64,000 bases of DNA from a phage, in NCBI GenBank assembly GCA_024672315.1, contig GCA_024672315.1_4714.1; one strand, 5' to 3'. Numbering within the stretch: position 1 is the stretch's first letter; each line of letters begins with the position of its first letter. Under the pieces are notes generated by a model. That model searched no databases. It saw only the letters and a program-made list of their open reading frames with translations, and was not told the origin of the DNA. The position numbers and the translations under genes are program-made. Shown piece after piece: positions 28,512-38,400 of this stretch.

Positions 28512-29051
28512 TTACTGTGTGTTCTTAGCTTCACGAATGAAAATAACATCAGGATATTCTTGGGATTCAATGAATTCAGGATTACGATAACGACGAATAT
28601 GACGCATCGTCGTACAAGCAAGTTTGTAAAGATGTTCCTCCTCACGTTGTGTTAATAACATCAGTTGCGCGTCTGGGATCACGAATGGGAGTCTTTCACT
28701 CACGTATTCTCGAAGGTCATCGAGATCATCGTGATGAATGCCCTCTGAGAGCTTATATAACGCTTCCAGCAATTCTAATCCACCGAACTGGTAACTTCCT
28801 ATTGTTGTCTTAAACAATGCGCCAGAACGCGTGGTGGATGCTCTATCGGCGACATCGTATTGTTCTAACATATATCCGTAGACCATGCTACGTCGATCCA
28901 GTGTATCCGTAACGAGATTACGCCACCGTTCCAGTCTTTCGAGCGCTTTGTCGATAGAGTAAACGATCATGCCATGTTCATCCAACTCTTCCGCAATACC
29001 CAATAGTTCATTGTTGTTAGGTTTTGCTGCACCGATAAGAAAAACACTCAT
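28512..29051 (-). CDS. Hypothetical protein (179 aa)
   Basis: ORF. Confidence 0.55.
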   Translation of the reverse strand: MSVFLIGAAKPNNNELLGIAEELDEHGMIVYSIDKALERLERWRNLVTDTLDRRSMVYGYMLEQYDVADRASTTRSGALFKTTIGSYQFGGLELLEALYKLSEGIHHDDLDDLREYVSERLPFVIPDAQLMLLTQREEEHLYKLACTTMRHIRRYRNPEFIESQEYPDVIFIREAKNTQ

Positions 29052-29464
29052 TACTCAAACTCCTTATTCCAAAACTCGATTAATGAATCGAGCTGTTCCT
29101 TACTGGTTATCTCACCTCCCCTAACAAAATGAAATCGTTCTTGAATGGCGATCTTTTCCAGGATATCGGTAAGCAAATGACGGTGACAGAAATTTCCTGC
29201 AGGACAATAACACCCTAACACCACAACCGGATGGGAGAATAAAGCCAACCATTCCGGTGTATGATCAACAAAGCTTTTGCGCATAAGCGTGTAGTAGCCT
29301 GCGGTATATTCATCCTCGGTTAACGTTTTTGATTTGATTCCTGTAACAAGTTCCCATGAAGGTGCGAAGAGTGGGTTACCTGTTTTCACCGTCGTGTCCA
29401 GTAGGAACGCTCGTGTGTCTGAAAGCCAACGATGTTTGGCTAATTGAAGGGTGTATAAAAACAC
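29051..29464 (-). CDS. DUF488-like protein (137 aa)
   Basis: LGCYCPAGNFCHRHLL resembles the Cys/His motif of DUF488-family proteins; recalled from memory, unverified. Confidence 0.45.
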   Translation of the reverse strand: MFLYTLQLAKHRWLSDTRAFLLDTTVKTGNPLFAPSWELVTGIKSKTLTEDEYTAGYYTLMRKSFVDHTPEWLALFSHPVVVLGCYCPAGNFCHRHLLTDILEKIAIQERFHFVRGGEITSKEQLDSLIEFWNKEFE

Positions 29465-29567
29465 AGCGCTAACCCCAAAGGATAAAAATAAAACCTTGAC
29501 ATAACCACCACCGCAACCCCATACAGGGCTACGGTGGGGTCATACAGAGAGACGTGTTAGGTTACAA

Positions 29568-30047
29568 TCAGTCTTTCAGCAGCTCAGCTGCATACGCACT
29601 GATGTTGTCGCGAATATGCTTAACCTGAGTTGTTGGGAAAGATTTCTTATACGCGGTGGTCAGGCGTCCGTAAACCTGTTTCTTCTCGTTAGAGCCGAAA
29701 CCAACTTCAGCGCTGCGTTGAACGGTTGCGGACACAACGTCTTTGCCCAGCGGCAGGGTTACAGAAACAACGTCAACCTGTTTGTTATCCGCCATGAACT
29801 GCGCGCCAACGCGGCCAACCGCCAGACCGTGAGCCAGACCGATATCGGTGGTCAGTTTCTGTGCTTTTTCCAGGATTTCTTTTTCTTCCGGTGTTACCAG
29901 AGTACCCAGGAAATCACTGCCTAGCTTCTGGCTACCAGATTCGTCCAGTTTAATACCAGCGGCGATTTTATCAGAAAGAGCCTGAACTTCCGGACGTACG
30001 TTAGAAGTGGTTTCAGTCGCTACGGTGGTTTCTACAGCTTCAGACAT
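29568..30047 (-). CDS. Highly expressed small protein of unknown function (159 aa)
   Basis: Very biased codon usage; preceded by early-promoter-like motif copy 2. Confidence 0.7.
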   Translation of the reverse strand: MSEAVETTVATETTSNVRPEVQALSDKIAAGIKLDESGSQKLGSDFLGTLVTPEEKEILEKAQKLTTDIGLAHGLAVGRVGAQFMADNKQVDVVSVTLPLGKDVVSATVQRSAEVGFGSNEKKQVYGRLTTAYKKSFPTTQVKHIRDNISAYAAELLKD

Positions 30048-30167
30048 GTTAATACTCCAATTAGTTTTTTCGATCGATCAAAAGGATAAAATCAGAAGAT
30101 TCTTTCTTCATAGGGAAAACACAAGTCGGTTAAGGTTTACTTCTTAAACTCCTTGCGTTCTATCAGT

Positions 30168-30201
30168 TAGGTAATATAGACCTCAACTTTTTTCCAATAA
30201 T
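30168..30201 (-). promoter_or_regulatory. Early-promoter-like motif copy 2 (minus-strand reading TATTGGAAAAAAGTTGAGGTCTATATTACCTA)
   Basis: Near-identical to copies 1 and 3; about 125 nt upstream of the leftward gene start at 30047. Confidence 0.5.
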
Positions 30202-30983
30202 GCCGCAACGTTCCGTGCGAAGCGAATCACCTTGTAATTGCGGGTCTGTTTGATATCTTCTTCCCCATCACTGTCACCTTCAGACGGATCTTCCCACATG
30301 AAGTCTTGTTCGTCCGCTTTCTGTAAGTAGCGGTATAACTGCACCATGCTGCGTGCGGTCGGAGAGATAGCGCGAAGCTCATCCAATTCTTCATCCGTCA
30401 ACAGAACGTGCGATGAACGCAGCGGCTCCATTGTCGTATTACACAACAGACGAATCAGCAGATCGACGCACGGAATAACAGAACCTGGTGCGGCGATTTC
30501 TGGGTGTAACGTATAACCCCAATATACGGTGTTAAAATACGTCAAAACAGCAGGTAGTGACGGATGTTCCATCGCACGACCAATTTGTTGTCTTACGATA
30601 GATGCACGATCGTTCAATACATCGAAAGTAATCTGCTGCGGTTCCATAACCGCAAGTGAAATACCGTATGCGTCAGCCACGCCCAGGATTTCATGAAGGG
30701 CCGAACGTTCTTCTTCGGCGGATATTGTCCCGATTGCTTTACGCCCTGCAAGGTCAATCAGCATCGGTGAAACAGCTTCTTTAACCGCATTAAAAGAAGC
30801 CTGGTAAGCGTGTTTGTGAATATACAATGTCCACGCTAATGCGCGTTCAGCCGCATGAAGCAGATCGACATAAGACAGTTCTTGATGGCATGGGCCATAC
30901 ACGCTCACAGCAAGCTTGGTGGCTTTCTCAGAGGCTTGCATAATAACATCCGGTGATTTAGGCATATCGCGTTCTTCTTGCAT
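30183..30983 (-). CDS. Hypothetical protein (266 aa)
   Basis: ORF; its 3' end overlaps motif copy 2. Confidence 0.6.
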   Translation of the reverse strand: MQEERDMPKSPDVIMQASEKATKLAVSVYGPCHQELSYVDLLHAAERALAWTLYIHKHAYQASFNAVKEAVSPMLIDLAGRKAIGTISAEEERSALHEILGVADAYGISLAVMEPQQITFDVLNDRASIVRQQIGRAMEHPSLPAVLTYFNTVYWGYTLHPEIAAPGSVIPCVDLLIRLLCNTTMEPLRSSHVLLTDEELDELRAISPTARSMVQLYRYLQKADEQDFMWEDPSEGDSDGEEDIKQTRNYKVIRFARNVAALLEKS

Positions 30984-31060
30984 CTTTTAAATTCCTACTT
31001 AACAATAAAGTTCATATACGGCGTATGTATCCGTAGAATAATGGGTTCTGGTAAGATCTT

Positions 31061-31103
31061 ACATCAAAATGACGGCATAAAAAGTACCTCCTTACCCACA
31101 TGG
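31061..31103 (-). promoter_or_regulatory. Perfect 12-bp hairpin plus ACTTTTTATGCCGTC element
   Basis: ACCTCCTTACCC-acat-GGGTAAGGAGGT followed on the coding strand by TTTTTATGCCGTC, about 90 nt upstream of the ATG at 30983. Confidence 0.5.
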
Positions 31104-31244
31104 GTAAGGAGGTTCGTCCATCACGACGAAAGGACGTTATGTGACGCGGTGTCCATAACGGCCCTGGTAGCAGGCATCAAAGATAACAAAAAGGATGTAA
31201 GTTGAGCTAAACCACCTAAATACGGTAACGATTACTTCCGTACA

Positions 31245-31274
31245 CAATATAACGTAACGTATTTTTTTACCAAT
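31245..31274 (-). promoter_or_regulatory. Degenerate fourth copy of the early-promoter-like motif
   Basis: CAATATA-N8-ATTTTTTTACCAAT matches the A-tract and spacing of copies 1-3 but reads TATATTGT instead of TATATTAC; it overlaps the 3' end of gene 31267-32076. Confidence 0.3.
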
Positions 31275-32076
31275 GATTAAAGCTGCCCGCTTTAACGACG
31301 TCACAACGTAGGTGGTTACGTAACTGATCCAGGAAGACAACCGGACTGTCGCCAGACAACATGGCCAGCGCGTGTTGACCACCTGAACGAACAACAAGCT
31401 CATCAACCATTGGTGCTGTAATCGGAAGATCATACGCGTCCATGATTGCTTTGGCTTCCTGTTCTACGTCTTTCTGGAACCCTTCCATCGTCGGAGAGTC
31501 ATATTTGGTTGCAAACTCGATCCCAGGCAAGTTAACGTAATCGTAAGTCATGACACGGGTCATAACACGACGGCGCTCACGTTGCCAGATCTGAGGATCA
31601 GTTAATGCGCGAACCGAAAAACATACGTTCACCAGCGGTGTTTCAAAATCTTTACGTAATGGATCACCGTACGGTCCGCAAGGAATAACATCCCCCATCA
31701 CCATTACGACAGGACGACCACGACGATCGCGTCCAGCTTCCTCTAACCAAATCTTAGAAAAACAATGGCTCACCTTCGTTTCTTCGATTCGTAATGCTCG
31801 CTGTAAAAAGCTGGTTGCATCCTGACCGATCTCCGGTTTAGGGTGACCGTATTCACCTTTCAACGAACGATTGCGCGCGTTTGTTTGCAATAAACTGTTT
31901 TCCAGGAACAGCGGTTTCGAACGCTCAAGTTCGTAATATTCTTCGGTATTGTTAAAACAGTTAAATCCGCCGATAACACAGGTGTAGGCACCGTCAGCAT
32001 TAGGACGGATAATACCTTTCTTATTCACACCAAGATAACTGGTGCAAACAAGATTACTAATTGGTGGTTGCATCAT
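31267..32076 (-). CDS. Hypothetical protein (269 aa)
   Basis: ORF. Confidence 0.6.
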   Translation of the reverse strand: MMQPPISNLVCTSYLGVNKKGIIRPNADGAYTCVIGGFNCFNNTEEYYELERSKPLFLENSLLQTNARNRSLKGEYGHPKPEIGQDATSFLQRALRIEETKVSHCFSKIWLEEAGRDRRGRPVVMVMGDVIPCGPYGDPLRKDFETPLVNVCFSVRALTDPQIWQRERRRVMTRVMTYDYVNLPGIEFATKYDSPTMEGFQKDVEQEAKAIMDAYDLPITAPMVDELVVRSGGQHALAMLSGDSPVVFLDQLRNHLRCDVVKAGSFNHW

Positions 32077-32154
32077 AACCCCTTTATAAGCAACTGAATG
32101 AAAAAGCGTTACCTTCCCACTTTTACGTCAAGAAGGCGACGTGTAAGCGTTATA

Positions 32155-32886
32155 TCACCATTCATACGATCCGGCGCACTGATGCCCCAATAGTACCAAC
32201 GCGTCGTCTTTGGCCGCCAGATATTTTTCTAACGTTATCCGTGAAACAGACACATTAGAGAAATCCATCACGCCTAAGCGATGATCGTAATGGTTAATTT
32301 GCATCCGGTAATAACCTTTCTTTACCACCAGAAACTCGCCTTGACGCAACCATAGCGGAACGTTGTCAACCTCCGCATGGATATAAAACACCGGACATTC
32401 TGTCGTAACGGAGTTTTCCTTCCCATCGCTATCTGTAATCTTCCCTTTGGGAACAGCCGCGATAAAACATTCACCGATACGCTCGGTTTGGTACCCGTTT
32501 GGATAACGCGGATCGTGAAATAACCAATGCTCATCGCTAATATCAACATCGGATAATAACGTACGATGTGGACGTAAGGCGATATCAAACGGAACACGAT
32601 AGATAACGTACCCGCCTAACCAATGGGCTAAGTGACCGCCGGAATAGTACTGCTTGATTGCGGTACTGTAACCGTATATACACCCCATCAAACTGCTGGA
32701 TACACAGATCCTTGGAAACGACCCGTCTTCCATACGCAAGGTACGTTGTGGGATACGCGGCATCATCGTTTTCAGTTCGGTGTCGGTGCTGATATGCAAT
32801 AAACCGAAAGGAAGCGTTTTACTCGGTACCCACGCGCAACGTTCCATGATCGCTCTTGGGACAATAGTCTCGATAGACGATAACAT
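32155..32886 (-). CDS. Hypothetical protein (243 aa)
   Basis: ORF in an operon with abutting stop/start codons. Confidence 0.6.
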   Translation of the reverse strand: MLSSIETIVPRAIMERCAWVPSKTLPFGLLHISTDTELKTMMPRIPQRTLRMEDGSFPRICVSSSLMGCIYGYSTAIKQYYSGGHLAHWLGGYVIYRVPFDIALRPHRTLLSDVDISDEHWLFHDPRYPNGYQTERIGECFIAAVPKGKITDSDGKENSVTTECPVFYIHAEVDNVPLWLRQGEFLVVKKGYYRMQINHYDHRLGVMDFSNVSVSRITLEKYLAAKDDALVLLGHQCAGSYEW

Positions 32887-32887
32887 A

Positions 32888-33598
32888 TCACCCCCTCAGA
32901 ATCGCTTCTGTTTCGCTGATCGTATCCGCAGGATAAACCAAACTACTATCGATTGCGTTATTCACGTAACCACCCATTAAGTTGGTGATGGTGTTTGTAC
33001 CACTATCGATAATGTTTCGTAATCCGATGTCGATGGCTTTTAACGTACTGCGTTCCTCATCCGAAAGCAGACGCCACGCTCGACGACGATCGTTGGGGTC
33101 GCGTGTGGTGATAGAAGCCAGAACAGAATAGATGCTGCTGTCTGCGTTCAATTTAACGCCAGCCAATTTCGCTGACGTGTAGAGCAGCTGATATTTTTCT
33201 TTCTCAGTGTACCACCATGGCACTTTACCGAGCGTATAGATCTCGTTATACATCAGCCATGGGAAAGAGTTTCGCATCACGACATCGGTCGACACCAACA
33301 CCGTGTCGCCGGGAAGAAACACAAATTCATAAAACGGCTGACCATCCATGGTAATCTCACGGATGTCAGACGGGTCGATATGGAGCTGGGTCAATGCGTG
33401 GCTGACACCATACTGTCCATCAGGAAGAATAATCGGGCAGCACGCACAAACCCGGTTCTCACTCCCGATGATAGATAAACCCAATCCCTCGTAACGGACG
33501 GGTGTCAGAATCGAACACCCGCCACGAGTAACAACAGATTTATCTTCTTGTATGTCCCAGTCCGCAAGCACCGCAGCACCGTTGCGGACAAGCGCCAT
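32888..33598 (-). CDS. Hypothetical protein (236 aa)
   Basis: ORF in the same operon. Confidence 0.6.
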   Translation of the reverse strand: MALVRNGAAVLADWDIQEDKSVVTRGGCSILTPVRYEGLGLSIIGSENRVCACCPIILPDGQYGVSHALTQLHIDPSDIREITMDGQPFYEFVFLPGDTVLVSTDVVMRNSFPWLMYNEIYTLGKVPWWYTEKEKYQLLYTSAKLAGVKLNADSSIYSVLASITTRDPNDRRRAWRLLSDEERSTLKAIDIGLRNIIDSGTNTITNLMGGYVNNAIDSSLVYPADTISETEAILRG

Positions 33599-35122
33599 TT
33601 ACACCTCGCTAATCTGGATAACGTAAAGCTGCTGGGCCACGTAATCGGTGGTCAGATGCATCGTTGCGATGGTCGCTGCTTCGAACACCGTGAGTTCAGG
33701 ACGTTCACGCATAATCAAATCGATCTCGTCGATGAGACGGTTAACGCCTTGAGCGTCTTCATGATGCATCGTTTTCACGTAGAGTGTACGGAAATACTGC
33801 TGGAAGTTAGCTACGTCGGTATCGGTAAGGTTAGCAACTTCACCACGCACAATTTCCATGACCTTCTTACGGGTATCTTCATCGAGGTCTACCGTAATCA
33901 GGTCAGCAAATACACCCTGCAATGCCAGCGCGTATGCACGTAAGCGGTTTGCGGCTTGCTGGCTGGCTTTCATGTTGATGTAGTTACGGTAATGCTGCAT
34001 GAAGCCAGCACCGTTAGCCAGCAGTTCATCTTTACTGATGAGTTCACGCTCTAACAGGACAGCTGCGGTTAATGCTTCCGGTGAACCGCCTTCTTGCAGA
34101 TAACCCATGTAGACATCTGCGTTAACGAAAATCGTCATCGCTGACGCGTCTTCAGCACGTTGAATCTGAGAAGCTGACGGTGCAGAAAGAATCAGTTCAC
34201 CACGCTCCATACGCAGGATACGATCACGACCGACGCGTGCCATCCCGTTAATCGCTGCAGCACGAGCTTGTTGCATTTTAGCGCGGTAGTTTTCAAGCAT
34301 CATGTCGTTGCCGTCCTGGATATCTTCCAGCAGGTTAACGGCCCACATATAGCAGAGGAATGCAGGAGTTGCCGCAGCGCGGGAACCGTGGAATGCAACG
34401 TTATCGCTATCCGGATACGTAATCAGATAAGCGGTGTTGTTCGAAGAAGGAGCGGAACCACGGAAGAAATAGTTGTAGATGTCTTCCAGTGCCTGGTCGC
34501 TCATCCCTTCCGTCGCTTGCTGTACAAAGCGATCCAGGTTTTCATTACCGGTATACAGCAACGTACGCAGCTTATCACCGGTGATAAACGCAAGCTTTCC
34601 GGTTGGAGTGAAATCGTTATTAATCGAAATCAAGCCGTTAAGATCGTAATCGCTAACTAAGGCCTGGTACTCTTCGGAGTTATAAAACTCAGGATAGTAA
34701 CTCAGACTTACTGTCGGGATCAGTTTCGGTGCCAGGATGATCGAATCGATGCGTTTTTCCAGTTCCGGGTACAGCGCACGGCATTTCGGCAGGATGGTAT
34801 TACGCGCCAACTCTTTGGCATACACCACTTTTTCCACCACGTCTTGAACTGCGGTCTGTAAAACTTCATCGTGGATATAAACCTCGCGTTCGCTGGCAGG
34901 TGCTACAACGCCATCTTCGGTTTCATCAAGTGTTTCAGCAACAACCATACGTTCAGCACTAAGCTGCACCAACGCATCTGCGTCTTCCGGTGGCTGGTTC
35001 CAATGCATGGTTTCACAAACCGCGGCTAACGGGGTACCTGGAATGGCTGCGACGATTTGGTTACGTTTGATAAACCCTTCGACAATAGGCTCAACGGCAT
35101 AAACGGTTTTATTGGTGATCAT
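33599..35122 (-). CDS. Hypothetical protein (507 aa), possibly virion-associated
   Basis: ORF immediately downstream of the RNAP beta gene in the same operon. Confidence 0.65.
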   Translation of the reverse strand: MITNKTVYAVEPIVEGFIKRNQIVAAIPGTPLAAVCETMHWNQPPEDADALVQLSAERMVVAETLDETEDGVVAPASEREVYIHDEVLQTAVQDVVEKVVYAKELARNTILPKCRALYPELEKRIDSIILAPKLIPTVSLSYYPEFYNSEEYQALVSDYDLNGLISINNDFTPTGKLAFITGDKLRTLLYTGNENLDRFVQQATEGMSDQALEDIYNYFFRGSAPSSNNTAYLITYPDSDNVAFHGSRAAATPAFLCYMWAVNLLEDIQDGNDMMLENYRAKMQQARAAAINGMARVGRDRILRMERGELILSAPSASQIQRAEDASAMTIFVNADVYMGYLQEGGSPEALTAAVLLERELISKDELLANGAGFMQHYRNYINMKASQQAANRLRAYALALQGVFADLITVDLDEDTRKKVMEIVRGEVANLTDTDVANFQQYFRTLYVKTMHHEDAQGVNRLIDEIDLIMRERPELTVFEAATIATMHLTTDYVAQQLYVIQISEV

Positions 35123-35355
35123 TACTGCGCTCCCTCCAACGCATTACTACCTACGGGTTCTTTGGTTTCCAGACGGCTGTTTAAGCGCGCAGCAACCGCA
35201 TCTTCCAATCCCAACGGCATAACCTTTTTGTTCACGTCGGGATCGGCGGCATCATTACCAACGGTTTGACGTACGACCTCAGCAACCAACGTTACCGCGT
35301 TCGTCAGCGCAACAAAGCTCGCTGCCCGAGCCGTGTTAAGTTGTTCTTGGTTCAT
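35122..35355 (-). CDS. Small hypothetical protein (77 aa)
   Basis: ATG preceded by AAAGGAAAAGTGA (RBS). Confidence 0.45.
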   Translation of the reverse strand: MNQEQLNTARAASFVALTNAVTLVAEVVRQTVGNDAADPDVNKKVMPLGLEDAVAARLNSRLETKEPVGSNALEGAQ

Positions 35356-35430
35356 TCACTTTTCCTTTTAATGTCAGAGCATCGCATTCTTGACATGCGT
35401 CAAGAAGGTATTGCGTTCAGCGAAATAAAC

Positions 35431-35456
35431 GAGCAGGGGCATGACGCCCCCTGCTC
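35431..35456 (-). terminator. Perfect 11-bp hairpin GAGCAGGGGGC-atgac-GCCCCCTGCTC directly after the beta gene stop
   Basis: Followed on the minus strand by GTTTATTTCGC (U-rich). Confidence 0.55.
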
Positions 35457-38400
35457 TTATTTAGCGTCGTTAAAGTAAATATCAACAGCTCGTTCCGTTG
35501 CGTAGAGGAGACCAAGATTCACAGTCCCAACCACTTCCGGTGAACCGATGATACGGTTAGCGATACTGGTGCCACTGAAGATAGCATCAAGGGTGTGCCC
35601 GTCTTCGGTTTTGTTCACACCATGACCCACGGAAGAGACAACGGATTTCGCTTGTGCTGCGAAGGTACCTTTATCACCCATCCCCGCACCAAGGTCGTAA
35701 CGCATGAAAATACGGATAGCGATCTGGTTCTCGCCTAACGGATTACCGTCTATTCTCACGTTACTGTTATTGATACGCCCTGTTGTTGCCTCGCTGAGTT
35801 TCAGTTCCTTGACGCGTTTAGCTCGCGCTTTATCCGCTTCACCGACGAGCGCCGCCATGGTTTCGCTCATATCCTCAATCTGAGCGCGGTACAGTACATC
35901 GATCTGTACAACTTCACCATGAACATCAGCACGTGGGTTATACTGACTCATACGACGTAATGCTTCAACGGCTTCCTGACTCTCATCACTCAGATCAGTT
36001 GCGATCGGTTCTTCCAGTGTTGCAAGAATCGTTCGCGGTTCAACGTGGTCGCCGATTTTCACAAGACCACGAATGTTGAGATGGGCGTCAACGATAAGCG
36101 TACGGCTCTTAATCGATGGTGTTACGAGACGATCAGCAAGATTGTCGAAGATATACGAACTGTCCTCGTGAGTCTCTGGAATATCCAGAATACCGACAAG
36201 AGACAGAACACCTGCGCGCCAAACAACCTGACCCGGGTTCCACCAATCGCGTTTAAAATAAAGACGATGGAAAACCACCACATCCTGATCCTTAACGCGA
36301 TCCCCGACTTTATAATCGGTAATGAGATCATGGGGATAATACTTACCTGGTCCTTTCCCGATTATCGTACCGAGCTGGAAAACCTCTTCCCCTAACTCTG
36401 GATCGTCGTATTGTATCGTAAGCGCGGTTTTGGTGACCTTCTTCACAACACCATCGCCTTGGGCAGCTGCTGCGAAGAGCTTACCAACACGATGCGCGAT
36501 GACAGTCTCACCACCTGTACGCCACGGTTGTACATCGTAACCTTCAGCAGCAATCATGCGGTTGTGTTGGATCCCGACAAAGACCAGACGTTTTCCATCG
36601 TCGCGGTCTACAGCCGGAACAGCTAACGCTGACGTACTCATTACCGATGAAATGCCGTCTGTCTTTTCATCGAATGGTCGTGTTTCACCATATACCGACA
36701 CGATATTAGCATTAGGTGCGAGGTAAGCAGAAATACCTACGTCCCCGCTATCTTTCGTACCCTCTGACACAATACCAACATCGGACTTGTCGTATTCACG
36801 ATCGCGTGCGCGTCGAAGCGATGTCTTTGAACGACCTCCGATACCGGTCATCGTCGCTTCTTCACCCTGCTTGATATCCAACATCGGGTTGGTTTCATCA
36901 ATCACGATGGAAGCACTGTCGTCGAGAATCTGGTTCCAGACACTTACCGGACTGATTGATATTTTCTGGCGATTTCCTTGACTGCTGTTCTCATTCTGAC
37001 GAATAGCACCAACCAGGTCCTTATACACCAATTCAGCGAACTTATCGTACGTTTTAAAACGTTGGTAGTTCACATCGTTCGTGTTAGGAGCCCAATCATC
37101 CAGAAGCAGTTCAACAGCACGCAGTAACAACATGGCGAAATCGGTAGGTTCTCCCATGTTCTGTAGCAACGTACGGCTTACCGGATCAACGAAAAGACGC
37201 TCCATGAGTTCAAGTTCGCGTAAATGACGAACCTTAAGTCCAGCACCATCGACAACGTTAAAATAGATATCTCGATTGTCAAAAGCGCCGCGAGCGTAAC
37301 CGATGTAGTTACGGTATTCGTTAAACCCACCCAGCAACAACGTCGTCATGCGATCGTCTTTACTGAAGATCAAACTTTCGTCATCAAAGCTCACCGCGAA
37401 TTCATCGGGTGCTAGACCCATACGAGAACCGCGAGGTACCGTACGATAGTTCGCTTTAAGATGTTCTAATAACGGGGTAAGTCCACCCAGATAACTTAGA
37501 ACAACACCGACCGGAATACGTACACCCATGAATTCAAGATCGGCGGCTTCGATCGGCATCTTAGCCGCATTGATACCGAAGAAATCAGGGAACGTCCCTA
37601 CAGGTGTTGGTGTTTGTCCTGACTGACAGATATAGAGCTGATTGCGTTTATCGATTGCTAAGAATTCACCCAGCGTGTTACGCGCAAACGTCAGGAGCCC
37701 TTCGGCTAACTGTTCGTTGAACCGATCTTCCCCGATGAACTCCGGCAATGTCTTTGTATCGAGACGTATATCCCAATCAGCAAATTGGATTTGGGTATAG
37801 TTGCGTGCAAGCACAGCGAAGTAATACGGAACTTTGACGGCCGGATCAAAGACGTTACCGCGTTTCAACGTGGTTAAGGGTGAGGATTTATCGTAATACA
37901 TCGCCGTAAGTTGACGTGTTAGCCAACGACCGGCGTTATTAACGACGCGCTCTGAACGTTTAACAAACACCTTACCGTAGGCGGTACTCAACGCAACTTC
38001 AGATGACGATACCTTTCTAATAGGTTTATCAACACGTTGTTTACGCATCCGGTATTTGATGCCGTTAACGACATAAATGCCATCCTTACGAACCTTCGGC
38101 AACATCACCGGGAACGTGGTCGGGACACCGCCTACGGGAGCCAGTTTAATCGTGATGACTTGATAATCCCCCATCACGTCAACAACATCTTCGACTTTAT
38201 ATCCCGTAACAGGGTAACCCGCCTGCTGTACCGCAACAACAGCGGCTGCGATGTCCTTTTGCATTACGTGTTCAACGTAATGTTTATCCCACACCGCAAG
38301 CGTCGATTTACACAGGCTCTTATCGACGATAACATCCGCTTCCGGCATAACCTTTGCAGGAGCTAATTTCGCGGCTTTTGGTTTAACTTCAACATACTCG